A stretch of DNA of 64,000 nt, from positions 111,972,001 through 112,036,000 of the forward strand of contig OZ024740.1 in NCBI GenBank assembly GCA_964016885.1, given 5' to 3'. Positions 41,088 to 57,000 of the stretch are shown here, one piece after another. Position 1 is the stretch's first letter; every line of letters starts with the position of its first letter. The notes under the pieces are model-generated. The model did no database searches. It was not told where the DNA came from and was given only the letters and a program-made list of their open reading frames with translations. The translations under genes were made by a program, and so were the position numbers. This DNA is from Eledone cirrhosa (Eukaryota).

Positions 41088-41392
41088 CATACATATATAT
41101 AATGAAAATGAATAGGAACGAGGTATATATATATGTTTACATATACACGTATGTGTACACATCGTTGGCTCACTGGATTATATATAAGTTCGCGCATTGA
41201 ATCAGAAACGCATGTCCAATTTTTATACAAACCTACATATATGCATGCACGCACACACACACACACAAACATAGCCATGTTCTAGTAGAACACACAGACA
41301 CGGCCAAGTGCAAGCTATTTTAGTGCAAGGAAGGGTTGTGATGTTTGTGTGTGTGTCACTGCATTTAGTCTATATTATGTCTGGCATAGTAA

Positions 41393-41578
41393 GGGCGGTG
41401 AATTGGCAGTATCGTTAGAGGGTCGGGCATGCTTTCCAGCGTAGTTACGTCCTTTTACGATCTGAGTTCAAATCCCGCCGAGGTTAACTTTGCCTTTCAT
41501 CCTTATGGGGTCGATAAAATAAAGTACCAGTAATGTACTGAGTAATTGCTGGCCTTGTGCCAAAAGTAGAAACAATTA
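41393..41578 (+). mobile_element. Family A SINE with 19-bp TSD
   Basis: ATTATGTCTGGCATAGTAA on both sides; A and B boxes present. Confidence 0.9.
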
Positions 41579-42870
41579 TGTCTGGCATAGTAAAGTAGTA
41601 AAGAAGTTTGCTTTGCACTCAGATATGAAGTGCCGGGTTCGATCCCACGCCGTGATATTTTAACATATCTTGTGGTCGACATCTGACTGGGTAGATCTAA
41701 ATTGTTTGGTAGTCCATTGCATGATCTGTACCTATACTACAAATGTCCTCCACAGTCAAACTCTGTCGCATAAATTTTGCCGGGAGAAAACTCAGCCGTT
41801 TATATTGTCTCAGTGAATGTTGGTAGTGATATTCAGTGACTTGTAGTGGTGGTGGTATTTGTGGTGGCCGGATGAATGCGATGATAATAATAGTAGTAGT
41901 GGTAGTGGTGGTGGTGGTGAATGCGAAGATGATGATGATAATAGTGGTAGTGGTGGTGGAAGTGGTGGTGATGTTAATAATAACGGTAGTAATGATAGCT
42001 GTGATGGTAATAATTGTTTCTACTTTTGGCACCAGGCCAGCAAATCACCCAGTACATTACTGGTACTTTATTTTATCGACCCCGTAAGGATGAAAGGCAA
42101 GGTGGTGGTGATTAGATTGTTGATTTTATAACATGATGCATTGTTGTTAGTAATGGTGTTTAGTCCCAGGTAAACACTGACAGATTAAACCTATTATCAA
42201 TTACTTTTATGTTTGTATGTGAAAGAGAGAGAAATGTGTCTCTGTGTCTATGTATTTGTGTGTGAGTGTGTGAGAGAGACTGTGAAAAACGTGTGTGTGT
42301 GTGTGTGTGTGTGTATGAAAGAGACCGTGTGATAAAGTGTGTGTTTGTGTAGGGAAAAGAGAAAGAGTGTCTGTAGTTGTGTGCGTATGTCCCAGCTAGT
42401 CAATATCTAGAGAAGTAACAGATTAAATTTGTACTGTTTACCAAAATTTGTCCAATGTGGGTGAGCGTTTTAGACCTTCGTCGGTTCCGACGACGAGTAT
42501 TCCAGTTGTTCGAGCAAGGGGATGGCCTTCTCTTGAAATTAGCATGCAAGTGACTGAGCAGTCTACAGACACGTGTACTCTAAATGTAGTTTCTCAGAGA
42601 GTTTCAGTGTGTGACAAGCTCGGTCCTTTCAGTTACGAATATAACTCCTTGTATTGTATTATTATTCCAGCCTTGTGGCTAATAAAGAAATAATTATTTG
42701 GTCCATTAAGTTTCGGCGCTTTATGTTCTGAGTTCAAATTCCGCCAAGCTCAACTTAGAGGTCGATAAAAGTCTATCACCTCCCCAAAACATTGTTGGTC
42801 TTGTGCCTAAATTAGCCTTATTTAGTCCGTTAAACAAAGAGTTTACTGTATAGTTATAATGGATTAGAGA

Positions 42871-43128
42871 CAGGGGGGAGTCTAACCACAAGGGCATTTG
42901 GGCAATGCCCGATGACCCACTGGTCTTCATGAAATACAAAAACAAAAACAAAAAAAGCTAAGTGACTGTCAGGAAAACGTGAAGTCATAAGAAGGATTGA
43001 AACTGTAACGTGTTATAAATGATAAGCAGTCTCTGTATTTTCTCAGATAAGCAACATATTAATGGACAATAGGCTGACCTGACAGGTGACGGATGCCTGA
43101 GACGGTTTTACGATCCAGTCCACTTCTG
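42871..43128. mobile_element. hAT-type MITE (degenerate TIRs)
   Basis: CAG...CTG termini with 8-bp TSD ATTAGAGA. Confidence 0.6.
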
Positions 43129-43767
43129 ATTAGAGATATGTTGGAGATGCCAGATTTTGGCAGTCCATAGAGATTAACTTTTCTATCTATGCTTTGAGTT
43201 TAAATCAGCTGAGTTTCATTTACTTTCTCTCTGTGATTCATTCAATTAAAATAATTTTTTAAAGATAAAAGACAAAGAAAAACAAGCTCAAAAAAGGCAA
43301 AACATGTGTCGGATGATTGACAACGATTTTTATAGTTGTTTAGATGACAAAGAAAAGGGGGAGAGAGAGGGTGGGATAGAGACTGGGTGACGTGGGCCTC
43401 CATCACCACAATCACAAACGTTAGCAACAGGGCGATGAATCTAAGTATGACAGTTTAAACAGCAGCAGGTTGGGACCAGGGTGGGTGGGGGTCTGACTGA
43501 CGTACTTGTCTCGTACAAGGGTAAGTTACAATTTGAATAAGTTTGGTAATCTAATTAGAGGTGTGGGTAGCAAAAAAACATCGTGGTGGCAGCGGAAGTG
43601 ATTAAGATATGTGTGCATTATTTTTGTTGATTTTTGCTTCAAATTTTTCAGAGTTTTTTTTTTCGTTACTTATGCTTTTTTTTATTTACACAATTTTATA
43701 TGTAAATGCCTGTTTCTTGTATTGTTTTTGGTCCCTGTGGCCAATAAAGAAACCATTTTTGTTGTCA

Positions 43768-45019
43768 AATAATAATGGTTTCTGATTTAGGCACAAGGCC
43801 AACAATTTTGGGGGAGAGGAAAGTCGATTAAATCGTCCCAGTGCATTACTGGTACTTTAGTTTATCGACCCCGTAAGGATGATAAGCAAAGCTAACCTCG
43901 GCGGGATTTGAACTCAGAATGTAAAGGTTCTGAATTCAAATCCGCCTAGGTTAACTTTGTCTTTCAGCCTTACGGGGGTCGATAAAATAAAGCCCCAGTA
44001 ATGCACTGGAGTAATTGCTGGCCTTGTGCCAAAAACAGAAACATTATTAAGGGCGGTGAATTGGCAGAATCGGTAAAACGTCGGATCAAATAATAATGGT
44101 TTCTGATTTAGGCACAAGGCAAACAATTTCGGGAAAGAGGAAAGTCGATTAAATCTACCACAGTTCGTTACTGGTACTATATTTTACCGACATCATAAGG
44201 ATGAAAGGCGAAGTTAGCCATGGCAGGATTGGAATTCAGAACATAAAGGGCCGTAACTCTATGCCGCAAAGCATATTGTCCGACGCTCTACCACCGATAA
44301 TAATGGTTTCTTATATAGGCACAAGGCCAGCAATTTTGGGGGAGGGGAAAGTCAATAAAATCGACCCCAGTACGTAACTGGTACTTTATTTTATTGACCC
44401 CGTAAGGATGATAAGCAAACTTAACCTCGGCGGGATTTTGACCACAGATCATAAAGGGCCGTAACTCTATGCTGCAAAGCATGTCGTCCGACCCTCTACC
44501 GATACTGCTAATCCACCGCCCTTTCTACCACTCATAATAATAATTATTATTTCTACATTTGGCACAAGGCTAGCACTTACCCCAGTGTATTACTGGTGCT
44601 TTATTTTAACGACCCCGTAAGGATGAAAGGCAAAATAGTAATAAGCAGATATTACATTACATGTTGATGGTTTATAATATTGTAATGGTTTTTCGTTGAG
44701 AGAAAGGTTATAATATACAGAAGAAGGAATAATTGTTTCTACTTTTTGGCACAAGGCCAGCAATTACCCAGTGCATTACTGGTACTTTATTTTATCGACC
44801 TCGTAAGGATGAAAGGCAAAGTTAACCGAGGCGGCATTTGAATTCAGAATGGCAGGGGCCGTAACTATATACGTCAAAGCATGGCGTCCGACCCTCTACC
44901 GATACTGCCTGATAAGATTGCTAGATCAGTCTCATTAGAAATGGCGGCACAACATCTTGAAAAATACTGGATTCTGTTTGTAAGTAATCGATAATAGAAG
45001 CCACTGTTAAAAATAAATA

Positions 45020-45068
<49 letters not shown>

Positions 45069-45305
45069 GGGTGGTAGAGTATGGTTATATTATAAAGAGT
45101 CGGAACCCGACGACTGCGATCCTGCCATTTCAACAACTAGTTCCAGAGTATTGAAAAGTTTGTTGAAACAGCAAGAGCTCAGCAGTCAGGTCCCGATTCT
45201 TTATTCGGGGTTAATTTTGCCTTTCATCCTTACGGGGTCGATAAAATAAAGTACCAGTAATGCACTGGATAATTGCTGGCCTTGTGCCAAAATTAGAAAC
45301 AATTA
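43768..45305. mobile_element. Cluster of about eight family A SINE copies/fragments in both orientations
   Basis: Approximate copies: 43768-43920 (-), 43925-44050 (+), 44050-44088 (+, head only), 44090-44292 (-), 44298-44520 (-), 44540-44635 (-), 44730-44910 (-), 45205-45305 (+). Confidence 0.85.
45065..45204 (-). mobile_element. Diverged fold-back solo pLTR related to 31457-31660
   Basis: ATAAAGAGTCGGAACCCGAC..TTTCAACAA / TTGTTGAAA..GTCAGGTCCCGATTCTTTAT. TTAGGGGTGGTAGAGT abuts (TA)n. Confidence 0.65.
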
Positions 45306-45324
45306 TATATATATATATATATAC

Positions 45325-45362
<38 letters not shown>

Positions 45363-46147
45363 GAAGATCCGCATAAGGTGAAACATTTGTTCTCGGTATG
45401 GTGCACTTAACGTGTATGTGCGACCTTAGATTACGGGCTCCATTTATGGCCACCACAGTATAGTGGAGGAGCCGTTTTAATACTAGCCTCTCATTGAGTG
45501 ATATATGATAACAGTTGATCTGCTCCCATACCAGAGATTCATGAAGCCAGTGCTTATCCCTCTTTGATAGGTGCTATGTGGCTGAGATTCCTTGTCCTGG
45601 AGAGTATGCCACACCATCACAGGGTAAACCAACCCCACCCTACAATTTCTGCTAGTATTCATTTTCAGCTGAGTGGAATGGAGCAACCGATAATGAAGGG
45701 CTTTGCTCCAGAAAACAATGTGCCTGCGGTCAAGGAATCGAACTCACCACATTAGGATTGCAAGCTCAAGAGCTTAACCAAATACGCACATACAAACCCA
45801 CAATAACATGCGCTCCGAAATACACAGACCCACACACACATAGGATCCAACTAAAGACATACATAAATGCAGAGAGAGAGAAACACACTCGTGCATACAT
45901 ACACACACACACATATATGTGTGTGTGTGTGTGTGTGTGTTTGTGTATGTATACACACACATACAAATATATATGTATATAAACACACATACATATGGAG
46001 GAAGCCAGAGAGAGAAATTGGCAGTTAATTGAGCAGGCCATCATTTGAATAATCTAATAGTGTACCGCCTACGTAGAATTAAGGAGACGTAAATAGCCGT
46101 CTGGCATCTAGATCATAGGTGGGGTAGCTGTGTGTGTGGGGGGTGCG

Positions 46148-46188
<41 letters not shown>

Positions 46189-46604
46189 AGGGATGCATAT
46201 GTGGTCGTGATGTCTCTCTCTCCCTCCCTCTCTCTCTCTCCCTCCCTCTCTCTCTCTCGCCCTACCCCTCTCTCCTCCCTCTCACCCTCCACACACACTT
46301 ATAAATGCATATACATATTTTACTATAACAATGGCAATATCATCAGCAACATGCATATATATTTACACAACCACTCATGTAGACACTATATAACATGCAT
46401 ACACAATTATGCATACCATCGATATATGGAGGCCTGTCATCTACACACATATATATACACATATATATACACACATATATATACTGCTAAAACAGCAACA
46501 TGCATATAATATACTTATACCAACTCTTCCATTCACACACAAATGCATAAACACACACACGCGAGCTTTTAGTGACATGTATGTTTGATATAGGTGTGAA
46601 TATA

Positions 46605-46676
<72 letters not shown>

Positions 46677-46687
46677 ATATATGTGTG

Positions 46688-46758
<71 letters not shown>

Positions 46759-47021
46759 ATATATATGTGTGTGTGTATATATATATGTACACGTACTTAC
46801 ATATATGTATACAGACGTACAGTAGTATGTATATATATATATATACATACATGCACACATATATATATGTACGTATGGATTCACCGAACATTTATTATAA
46901 TGCTCGGTGTGTTTGTAAACAAACATCCCGTATTAAGCCGTAGTGTCTAACAAGCATCGTTGCTCGTTTGTTCAACACTGACAAAGGTACGCTGTACTAG
47001 TTTCAAGCTTATTAGCTATCG

Positions 47022-47072
<51 letters not shown>

Positions 47073-47151
47073 GTAATAAGAATATTTATATATGTTTGAT
47101 ATAACTATAAATATGTAGGGTAGTACTAAGTACTACCCGGATATCGGTATG

Positions 47152-47251
<100 letters not shown>

Positions 47252-47380
47252 GTGAGGTTTTTTTTACAAAATGAAAAATAACCGAGGTGACCTACACGAG
47301 TAAAAGTATAAAGAAAAGGAGATGAAATCGAAAATGCAACTGGAGTCTTATTTAAAAAAAATATATATATTTATTTGGTT

Positions 47381-47418
47381 CCTTTACCGGTTTCGCAGTT
47401 CTTCTGCTTTTCAAAAGG
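47381..47418 (-). ncRNA. Minimal hammerhead with U3-A8 core
   Basis: Minus strand: CCTT-TTGAAAA-GCAG-AAGAA-CTGC-GAAAC-CG-GTA-AAGG. Confidence 0.8.
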
Positions 47419-47455
47419 TGAGTTGAGATGGAGGGTCTGTGATATACATATATAT

Positions 47456-47546
<91 letters not shown>

Positions 47547-48029
47547 GTTATGCCTTATATAGTGGTGTATATTATAGTTGTGTCTAATGTGGATGCGTAT
47601 ATAGCTATGATATGTCTGATGTAGATGTGTTTACACGGCCTTGTCTGATGTACCTGTACGTAATCTTCTGTCTGAGGTAGGTATACATATATACAGCTAT
47701 GGCCTATGTAAAAGTGTATATAACTGTCTGATGTAGATGAATATACAACTGTTTTTTTTTGTTTTGTTTTCTGAAAGAGGTGTATAATCACCTCTAACAC
47801 GGCACCGTCAACACCACCAACTCACACACACACATACGTCACCACTACCACCACACATGTTCAACATCATCATCAACACCACCACAACCATCATTAATAC
47901 TACCATCACCACCACCACCACCCTCACCGCCACAACCATCATTAATACTACCATCACTACCACCACAACCACCACCATTAACACGACCATCACCACCACC
48001 ACCACCATTAACACTTCCATCACCACAAA

Positions 48030-51000
48030 CACAACCACCACCCTCATTATCATAACTACTACCACCAACACACCCACCACCATCATTGTCATAACTACTA
48101 CCACCAACACACCCACCACCATCATTGTCATAACTACTACCACCAACACACCCACCACCATCATTATCATAACTAGTACCACCAACACAACCACCACTCT
48201 CATTATCATAACTACTACCACCAACACACCCACCACCCTCATTATCATAACTACTACCACCAACACAACCACCACCCTCATTATCATAACTACTACCACC
48301 AACACAACCACCACCCTCATTATCATAACTACTACCACCAACACACCCACCAGCCTCATTATCATAACTACTACCACCAACACACCCACCACCATCATTG
48401 TCATAACTACTACCACCAACACACCCACCACCATCATTATCATAACTACTACCACCAACACAACCACCACCCTCATTATCATAACTACTACCACCAACAC
48501 ACCCACCAGCCTCATTATCATAACTACTACCACCAACACACCCACCACCATCATTGTCATAACTACTACCACCAACACACCCACCACCATCATTATCATA
48601 ACTACTACCACCAACACAACCACCACCCTCATTATCATAACTACTACCACCAACACACCCACCACCATCATTGTCATAACTACTACCACCAACACAGCCA
48701 CCACCATCATTATCATAACTACTACCACCAACACACCCACCAGCCTCATTATCATAACTACTACCACCAACACACCCACCACCATCATTATCATAACTAC
48801 TACCACCAACACAACCACCACCCTCATTATCATAACCACTACCACCAACACAGCCACCACCCTCATTATCATAACTACTACCACCAACACAGCCACCACC
48901 CTCATTATCATAACTACTACCACCAACACAACCACCACCCTCATTATCATAACTACTACCACCAACACAACCACCACCCTCATTATCATAACCACTACCA
49001 CCAACACAGCCACCACCCTCATTATCATAACTACTACCACCAACACACCCACCACCCTCATTATCATAACTACTACCACCAACACAACCACCACCCTCAT
49101 TATCATAACTACTACCACCAACACAGCCACCACCATCATTATCATAACTACTACCACCAACACAGCCACCACCCTCATTATCATAACTACTACCACCAAC
49201 ACACCCACCACCATCATATCATAACTACTACCACCAACACACCCACCACCCTCATTGTCATAACTACTACCACCAACACACACACCACCATCATTATCAT
49301 AATTACTACCACCAACACACCCACCACCCTCATTATCATAACTACTACCACCAACACAACCACCACCCTCATTATCATGACTACTACCACCAACACAGCC
49401 ACCACCATCATTATCATAACTACTACCACCAACACAGCCACCACCCTCATTATCATAACTACTACCACCAACACACCCACCACCATCATTGTCATAACTA
49501 CTACCACCAACACACACACCACCATCATTATCATTACTACTACCACCAACACACCCACCACCATCATTATCATAACTACTACCACCACCCTCATTATCAT
49601 AATTACTACCACCAACACGCCCACCACCATCATTATCATAACCACTACCACCAACACAGCCACCACCCTCATTATCATAACTACTACCACCAACACAGCC
49701 ACCACCCTCATTATCATAACTACTACCACCAACACAACCACCACCCTCATTATCATAACTACTACCACCAACACACGCACCACCATCATTGTCATAACTA
49801 CTACCACCAACAAACCCGCCACCATCATTATCATAACTACTACCACCAACACACCCACCAGCCTCATTATCATAACTACTACCACCAACACACCCACCAC
49901 CATCATTATCATAACTACTACCACCAACACACCCACCACCATCATTATCATAACTACTACCACCAACACACCCACCAGCCTCATTATCATAACTACTACC
50001 ACCAACACAACCACCACCCTCATTATCATAACTACTACCACCAACACACCCACCACCCTCATTATCATAACTACTACCACCAACACACCCACCACCCTCA
50101 TTATCATAACTACTACCACCAACACAGCCACCACCTTCATTATCATAACTACTACCACCAACACAACCACCACCATCATTATCATAACTACTACCACCAA
50201 CACACCCACCACCATCATTATCATAACTACTACCACCAACACAACCACCACCATCATTATCATAACTACTACCACCAACACACCCACCACCATCATTATC
50301 ATAACTGCTACCACCAACACAGCCACCACCCTCATTATCATAACTACTACCACCAACATAACCACCCCCATCATTATCATAACTACTACCACCAACACAA
50401 CCACCACCCTCATTATCATAACTACTACCACCGACACAGCCACCACCATCATTACCATAACTACTACCACCAACACATCCACCACACTCATTATCATAAC
50501 CACTACCACCAACACAGCCACCACCCTCATTATCATAACTACTACCACCAACACAGCCACCATCATCATTATCATAACTACTACCACCAACACACCCACC
50601 ACCATCATTATCATAACTACTACCACCAACACAACCACCACCCTCATTATCATAACTACTACCACCAACACAGCCACCACCCTCATTATCATTACTAGTA
50701 CCACCAACACAGCCACCACCCTCATTATCATAACTACTACCACCAACACAACCACCACCCTCATTATCATAACTACTACCACCGACACAGCCACCAACAT
50801 CATTACCATAACTACTACCACCAACACATCCACCACACTCATTATCATAACTACTACCACCAACACAACCACCACCCTCATTATCATAACTACTACCACC
50901 AACACAGCCACCACCATCATTACCATAACTACTACCACCAACACATCCACCACACTCATTATCATAACCACTACCACCAACACAGCCACCACCCTCATTA

Positions 51001-54000
51001 TCATAACTACTACCAACAACATACCCACCACCATCATTATCATAACTACTACCACCAACACACCCACCACCCTCATTATCATAACTACTACCACCAACAC
51101 ACCCACCACCATCATTATCATTACTACTACCACCAACACAACCACCACCCTCATTGTCATAACTACTACTACCAACACACCCACCACCATCATTATCATA
51201 ACTACTACCACCAACACACCCACCAGTCTCATCATCATAACTACTACCACCAACACACCCACCACCATCATTGTCATAACTACTACCACCAACACAACCA
51301 CCACCCTCATTATCATAACTACTACCACCAACACAGCCACCACCATCATTATCATAACTACTACCACCAACACAGCCACCACCCTCATTATCATAACTAC
51401 TACCACCAACACACCCACCACCATCATATCATAACTACTACCACCAACACACCCACCACCCTCATTGTCATAACTACTACCACCAACACACACACCACCA
51501 TCATTATCATAATTACTACCACCAACACACCCACCACCCTCATTATCATAACTACTACCACCAACACAACCACCACCCTCATTATCATGACTACTACCAC
51601 CAACACAGCCACCACCATCATTATCATAACTACTACCACCAACACAGCCACCACCCTCATTATCATAACTACTACCACCAACACACCCACCACCATCATT
51701 GTCATAACTACTACCACCAACACACACACCACCATCATTATCATTACTACTACCACCAACACACCCACCACCATCATTATCATAACTACTACCACCACCC
51801 TCATTATCATAATTACTACCACCAACACGCCCACCACCATCATTATCATAACCACTACCACCAACACAGCCACCACCCTCATTATCATAACTACTACCAC
51901 CAACACAGCCACCACCCTCATTATCATAACTACTACCACCAACACAACCACCACCCTCATTATCATAACTACTACCACCAACACACGCACCACCATCATT
52001 GTCATAACTACTACCACCAACAAACCCGCCACCATCATTATCATAACTACTACCACCAACACACCCACCAGCCTCATTATCATAACTACTACCACCAACA
52101 CACCCACCACCATCATTATCATAACTACTACCACCAACACACCCACCACCATCATTATCATAACTACTACCACCAACACACCCACCAGCCTCATTATCAT
52201 AACTACTACCACCAACACAACCACCACCCTCATTATCATAACTACTACCACCAACACACCCACCACCCTCATTATCATAACTACTACCACCAACACACCC
52301 ACCACCCTCATTATCATAACTACTACCACCAACACAGCCACCACCTTCATTATCATAACTACTACCACCAACACAACCACCACCATCATTATCATAACTA
52401 CTACCACCAACACACCCACCACCATCATTATCATAACTACTACCACCAACACAACCACCACCATCATTATCATAACTACTACCACCAACACACCCACCAC
52501 CATCATTATCATAACTGCTACCACCAACACAGCCACCACCCTCATTATCATAACTACTACCACCAACATAACCACCCCCATCATTATCATAACTACTACC
52601 ACCAACACAACCACCACCCTCATTATCATAACTACTACCACCGACACAGCCACCACCATCATTACCATAACTACTACCACCAACACATCCACCACACTCA
52701 TTATCATAACCACTACCACCAACACAGCCACCACCCTCATTATCATAACTACTACCACCAACACAGCCACCATCATCATTATCATAACTACTACCACCAA
52801 CACACCCACCACCATCATTATCATAACTACTACCACCAACACAACCACCACCCTCATTATCATAACTACTACCACCAACACAGCCACCACCCTCATTATC
52901 ATTACTAGTACCACCAACACAGCCACCACCCTCATTATCATAACTACTACCACCAACACAACCACCACCCTCATTATCATAACTACTACCACCGACACAG
53001 CCACCAACATCATTACAATAACTACTACCACCAACACATCCACCACACTCATTATCATAACTACTACCACCAACACAACCACCACCCTCATTATCATAAC
53101 TACTACCACCAACACAGCCACCACCATCATTACCATAACTACTACCACCAACACATCCACCACACTCATTATCATAACCACTACCACCAACACAGCCACC
53201 ACCCTCATTATCATAACTACTACCACCAACATACCCACCACCATCATTATCATAACTACTACCACCAACACACCCACCACCCTCATTATCATAACTACTA
53301 CCACCAACACACCCACCACCATCATTATCATTACTACTACCACCAACACAACCACCACCCTCATTGTCATAACTACTACTACCAACACACCCACCACCAT
53401 CATTATCATAACTACTACCACCAACACAACCACCACCCTCATTATCATAACTACTACCACCAACACACCCACCACCATCATTGTCATAACTACTACCACC
53501 AACACACACACCACCATCATTATCATAACTACTACCACCAACACACACACCACCATCATTATCATAACTACTACCACCAACACAACCACCACCCTCATTA
53601 TCATAACTACTACCACCAACACACCCACCACCATCATTGTCATAACTACTACCACCAAGACACCCATCACTATCATTATCATAACTACTACCACCAACAC
53701 AGCCACCACCCTCATTATCATAATTACTACCACCAACACACCCACCACCCTAATTATCATAACTACTACCACCAACACACCCACCACCATCATTATCATA
53801 ACTACTACCACCAACACAGCCACCACCATCATTATCATAACTACTACCACCAACACAACCACCACCCTCATTATCATAACTAATACCACCAACACACCCA
53901 CCACCCTCATTATCATAACTACTACCACCAACACACCCACCACCATCATTATCATAACTACTACCACCAAGACAGCCACCACCCTCATTATCATAACTAC

Positions 54001-57000
54001 TACCACCAACACACCCACCACCATCATTATCATTACTACTACCACCAACACACCCACCACCATCATTATCATAACTACTACCACCAACACAGCCACCACC
54101 CTCATTATCATAATTACTACCACCAACACACCCACCAGCCTCATTATCATAACTACTACCACCAACACAGCCACCACCATCATTATCATAACTACTACCA
54201 CCAACACACCCACCAGCCTCATTATCATAACTACTACTACCAACACAACCACCGCCATCATTACCATAACTACTACCACCAACACAGCCACCACCCTCAT
54301 TATCATAACTACTACCACCAACACACCCACCACCATCATTATCATAACTACTACCACCAACACACCCGCCACCCTCATTATCATAACTACTACCACCAAC
54401 ACACCCACCACCATCATTATCATAACTACTACCACCAACACACCCACCACCATCATTATCATAACTACTACCACCACCCTCATTATCATAACTACTACCA
54501 CCAACACAGCCACCACCATCATTATCATAACTACTACCACCAACACACCCACCAGTCTCATTATCCTAACTACTACCACCAACACAACCACCACCCTCAT
54601 TATCATAACCACTACCACCAACACAACCACCACCCTCATTATCATAACTACTACAACCAACACAGCCACCATCATCATTATCATAACCACTACCACCAAC
54701 ACACCCTCCAACCTCATTATCATAACTACTACCACCAACACACCCACCACCATCATTGTCATAACTACTACCACCAACACACCCACCACCATCATTATCA
54801 TAACTACTACCACCAACACAGCCACCACCCTCATTATCATTACTACTACCACCAACACAGCCACCACCATCATTATCATAACTACTACCACCAACACAGC
54901 CACCACCATCATTATCATAACTACTACCACCAACACACCCACCACCCTCATTATCTTAACTACTACCACCAACACACCCACCACCCTCATTATCATAACT
55001 ACTACCACCAACACACCCACCACCATCATTATCATTACTACTACCACCAACACACCCACCACCATCATTATCATAACTACTACCACCAACACAGCCACCA
55101 CCATCATTATCATAACTACTACCACCAACACAACCACCAGCCTCATTATCATAACTACTACCACCAACACAACCACCACCATCATTATCATAACTACTAC
55201 CACCAACACACCCACCACCATCATTATCATAACTACTACCACCAACACAGCCACCACCATCATTATCATAACTACTACCACCAACACAACCACCAGCCTC
55301 ATTATCATAACTACTACCACCAACACAACCACCACCCTCATTATCATAACTACTACCACCAACACAACCACCACCCTCATTATCATAACTACTACCACCA
55401 ACACACCCACCACCATCATTATCATAACTACTACCACCAACACAGCCACAACCATCATTATCATAACTACTACCACCAACACATCCACCACCCTCATTAT
55501 CATAACCACTACCACCAACACACCCACCACCATCATTATCATAACTACTACCACCAACACAACCACCAGCCTCATTATCATAACTACTACCACCAACACA
55601 ACCACCACCCTCATTATCATAACTACTACCACCAAAACACCCACCACCATCATTATCATAACTAATACCACCAACACAACCACCACCCTCATTATCATAA
55701 CTACTACCACCAACACACCCACCACCATCATTATCATAACTACTACCACCAACACACCCACCACCATCATTATCATAACTACTACCACCAACACAACCAC
55801 CACCCTCATTATCATAACTACTACCACCAACACAACCACCACCATCATTATCATAACTACTGCCACCAACACAACCACCACCCTCATTATCATAACTACT
55901 ACCACCAACACAGCCACCACCCTCATTATCATAACTACTACCACCAACACAGCCACCACCCTCATTATCATAACTACTACCACCAACACAACCACCACCC
56001 TCATTATCATAACTACTACCACCAACACACCCACCACGCTCATTATCATAACCACTACCACCAACACAGCCACCACCATAATTATCATAACTACTACCAC
56101 CAACACACCCACCACCATCATTATCATAACTACTACCACAAACACAACCAGTAGCCTCATTATCATAACTGCTACCGCCAACACAACCACCACCATCATT
56201 GTCATAACTACAACCACCAACACACCCACCACCATAATTATCATAACTACTACCACCAACACACCCACCACCATCATTATCATAACTACTACCACCAACA
56301 CAACCAGCAGCCTCATTATCATAACTGCTACCGCCAACACAACCACCACCATCATTGTCATAACTACAACCACCAACACACCCACCACCATCATTATCAT
56401 AACTACTACCACCAACACACCCACCACCCTCATTATCATAATTACTACCACCAAGACACCCACCCCCACCATTATCATAACTACTACCACCAACACAACC
56501 ACCACCATCATTATCATAACTACTACCACCAACACAACCACCACCATCATTATCATAACTACTACCACCAACACAACCACCAGCCTCATTATCATAACTA
56601 CTACCACCAACACACCCACCACCCTCATTATCATAACCACTACCACCAACACAGCCACCACCCTCATTATCATAACCACTACCACCAACACAGCCACCAC
56701 CATAATTATCATAACTACTACCACCAACACACCCACCACCATCATTATCATAACTACTACCACCAACACAGCCACCACCCTCATTATCATAACCACTACC
56801 ACCAACACAGCCACCACCATAATTATCATAACTACTACCACCAACACACCCACCACCATCATTATCATAACTGCTACCGCCAACACAACCACCACCCTCA
56901 TTATCATAACTACTACCACCAACACACCCACCACCATCATTATCATAACTACTACCACCAACACACCCACCACCATTATTATCATAACTACTACCACCAA

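Noticed and set aside
41393-41480. tRNA gene suggested by A/B boxes
   Set aside because: No cloverleaf. It is the head of a multi-copy SINE with a TSD.
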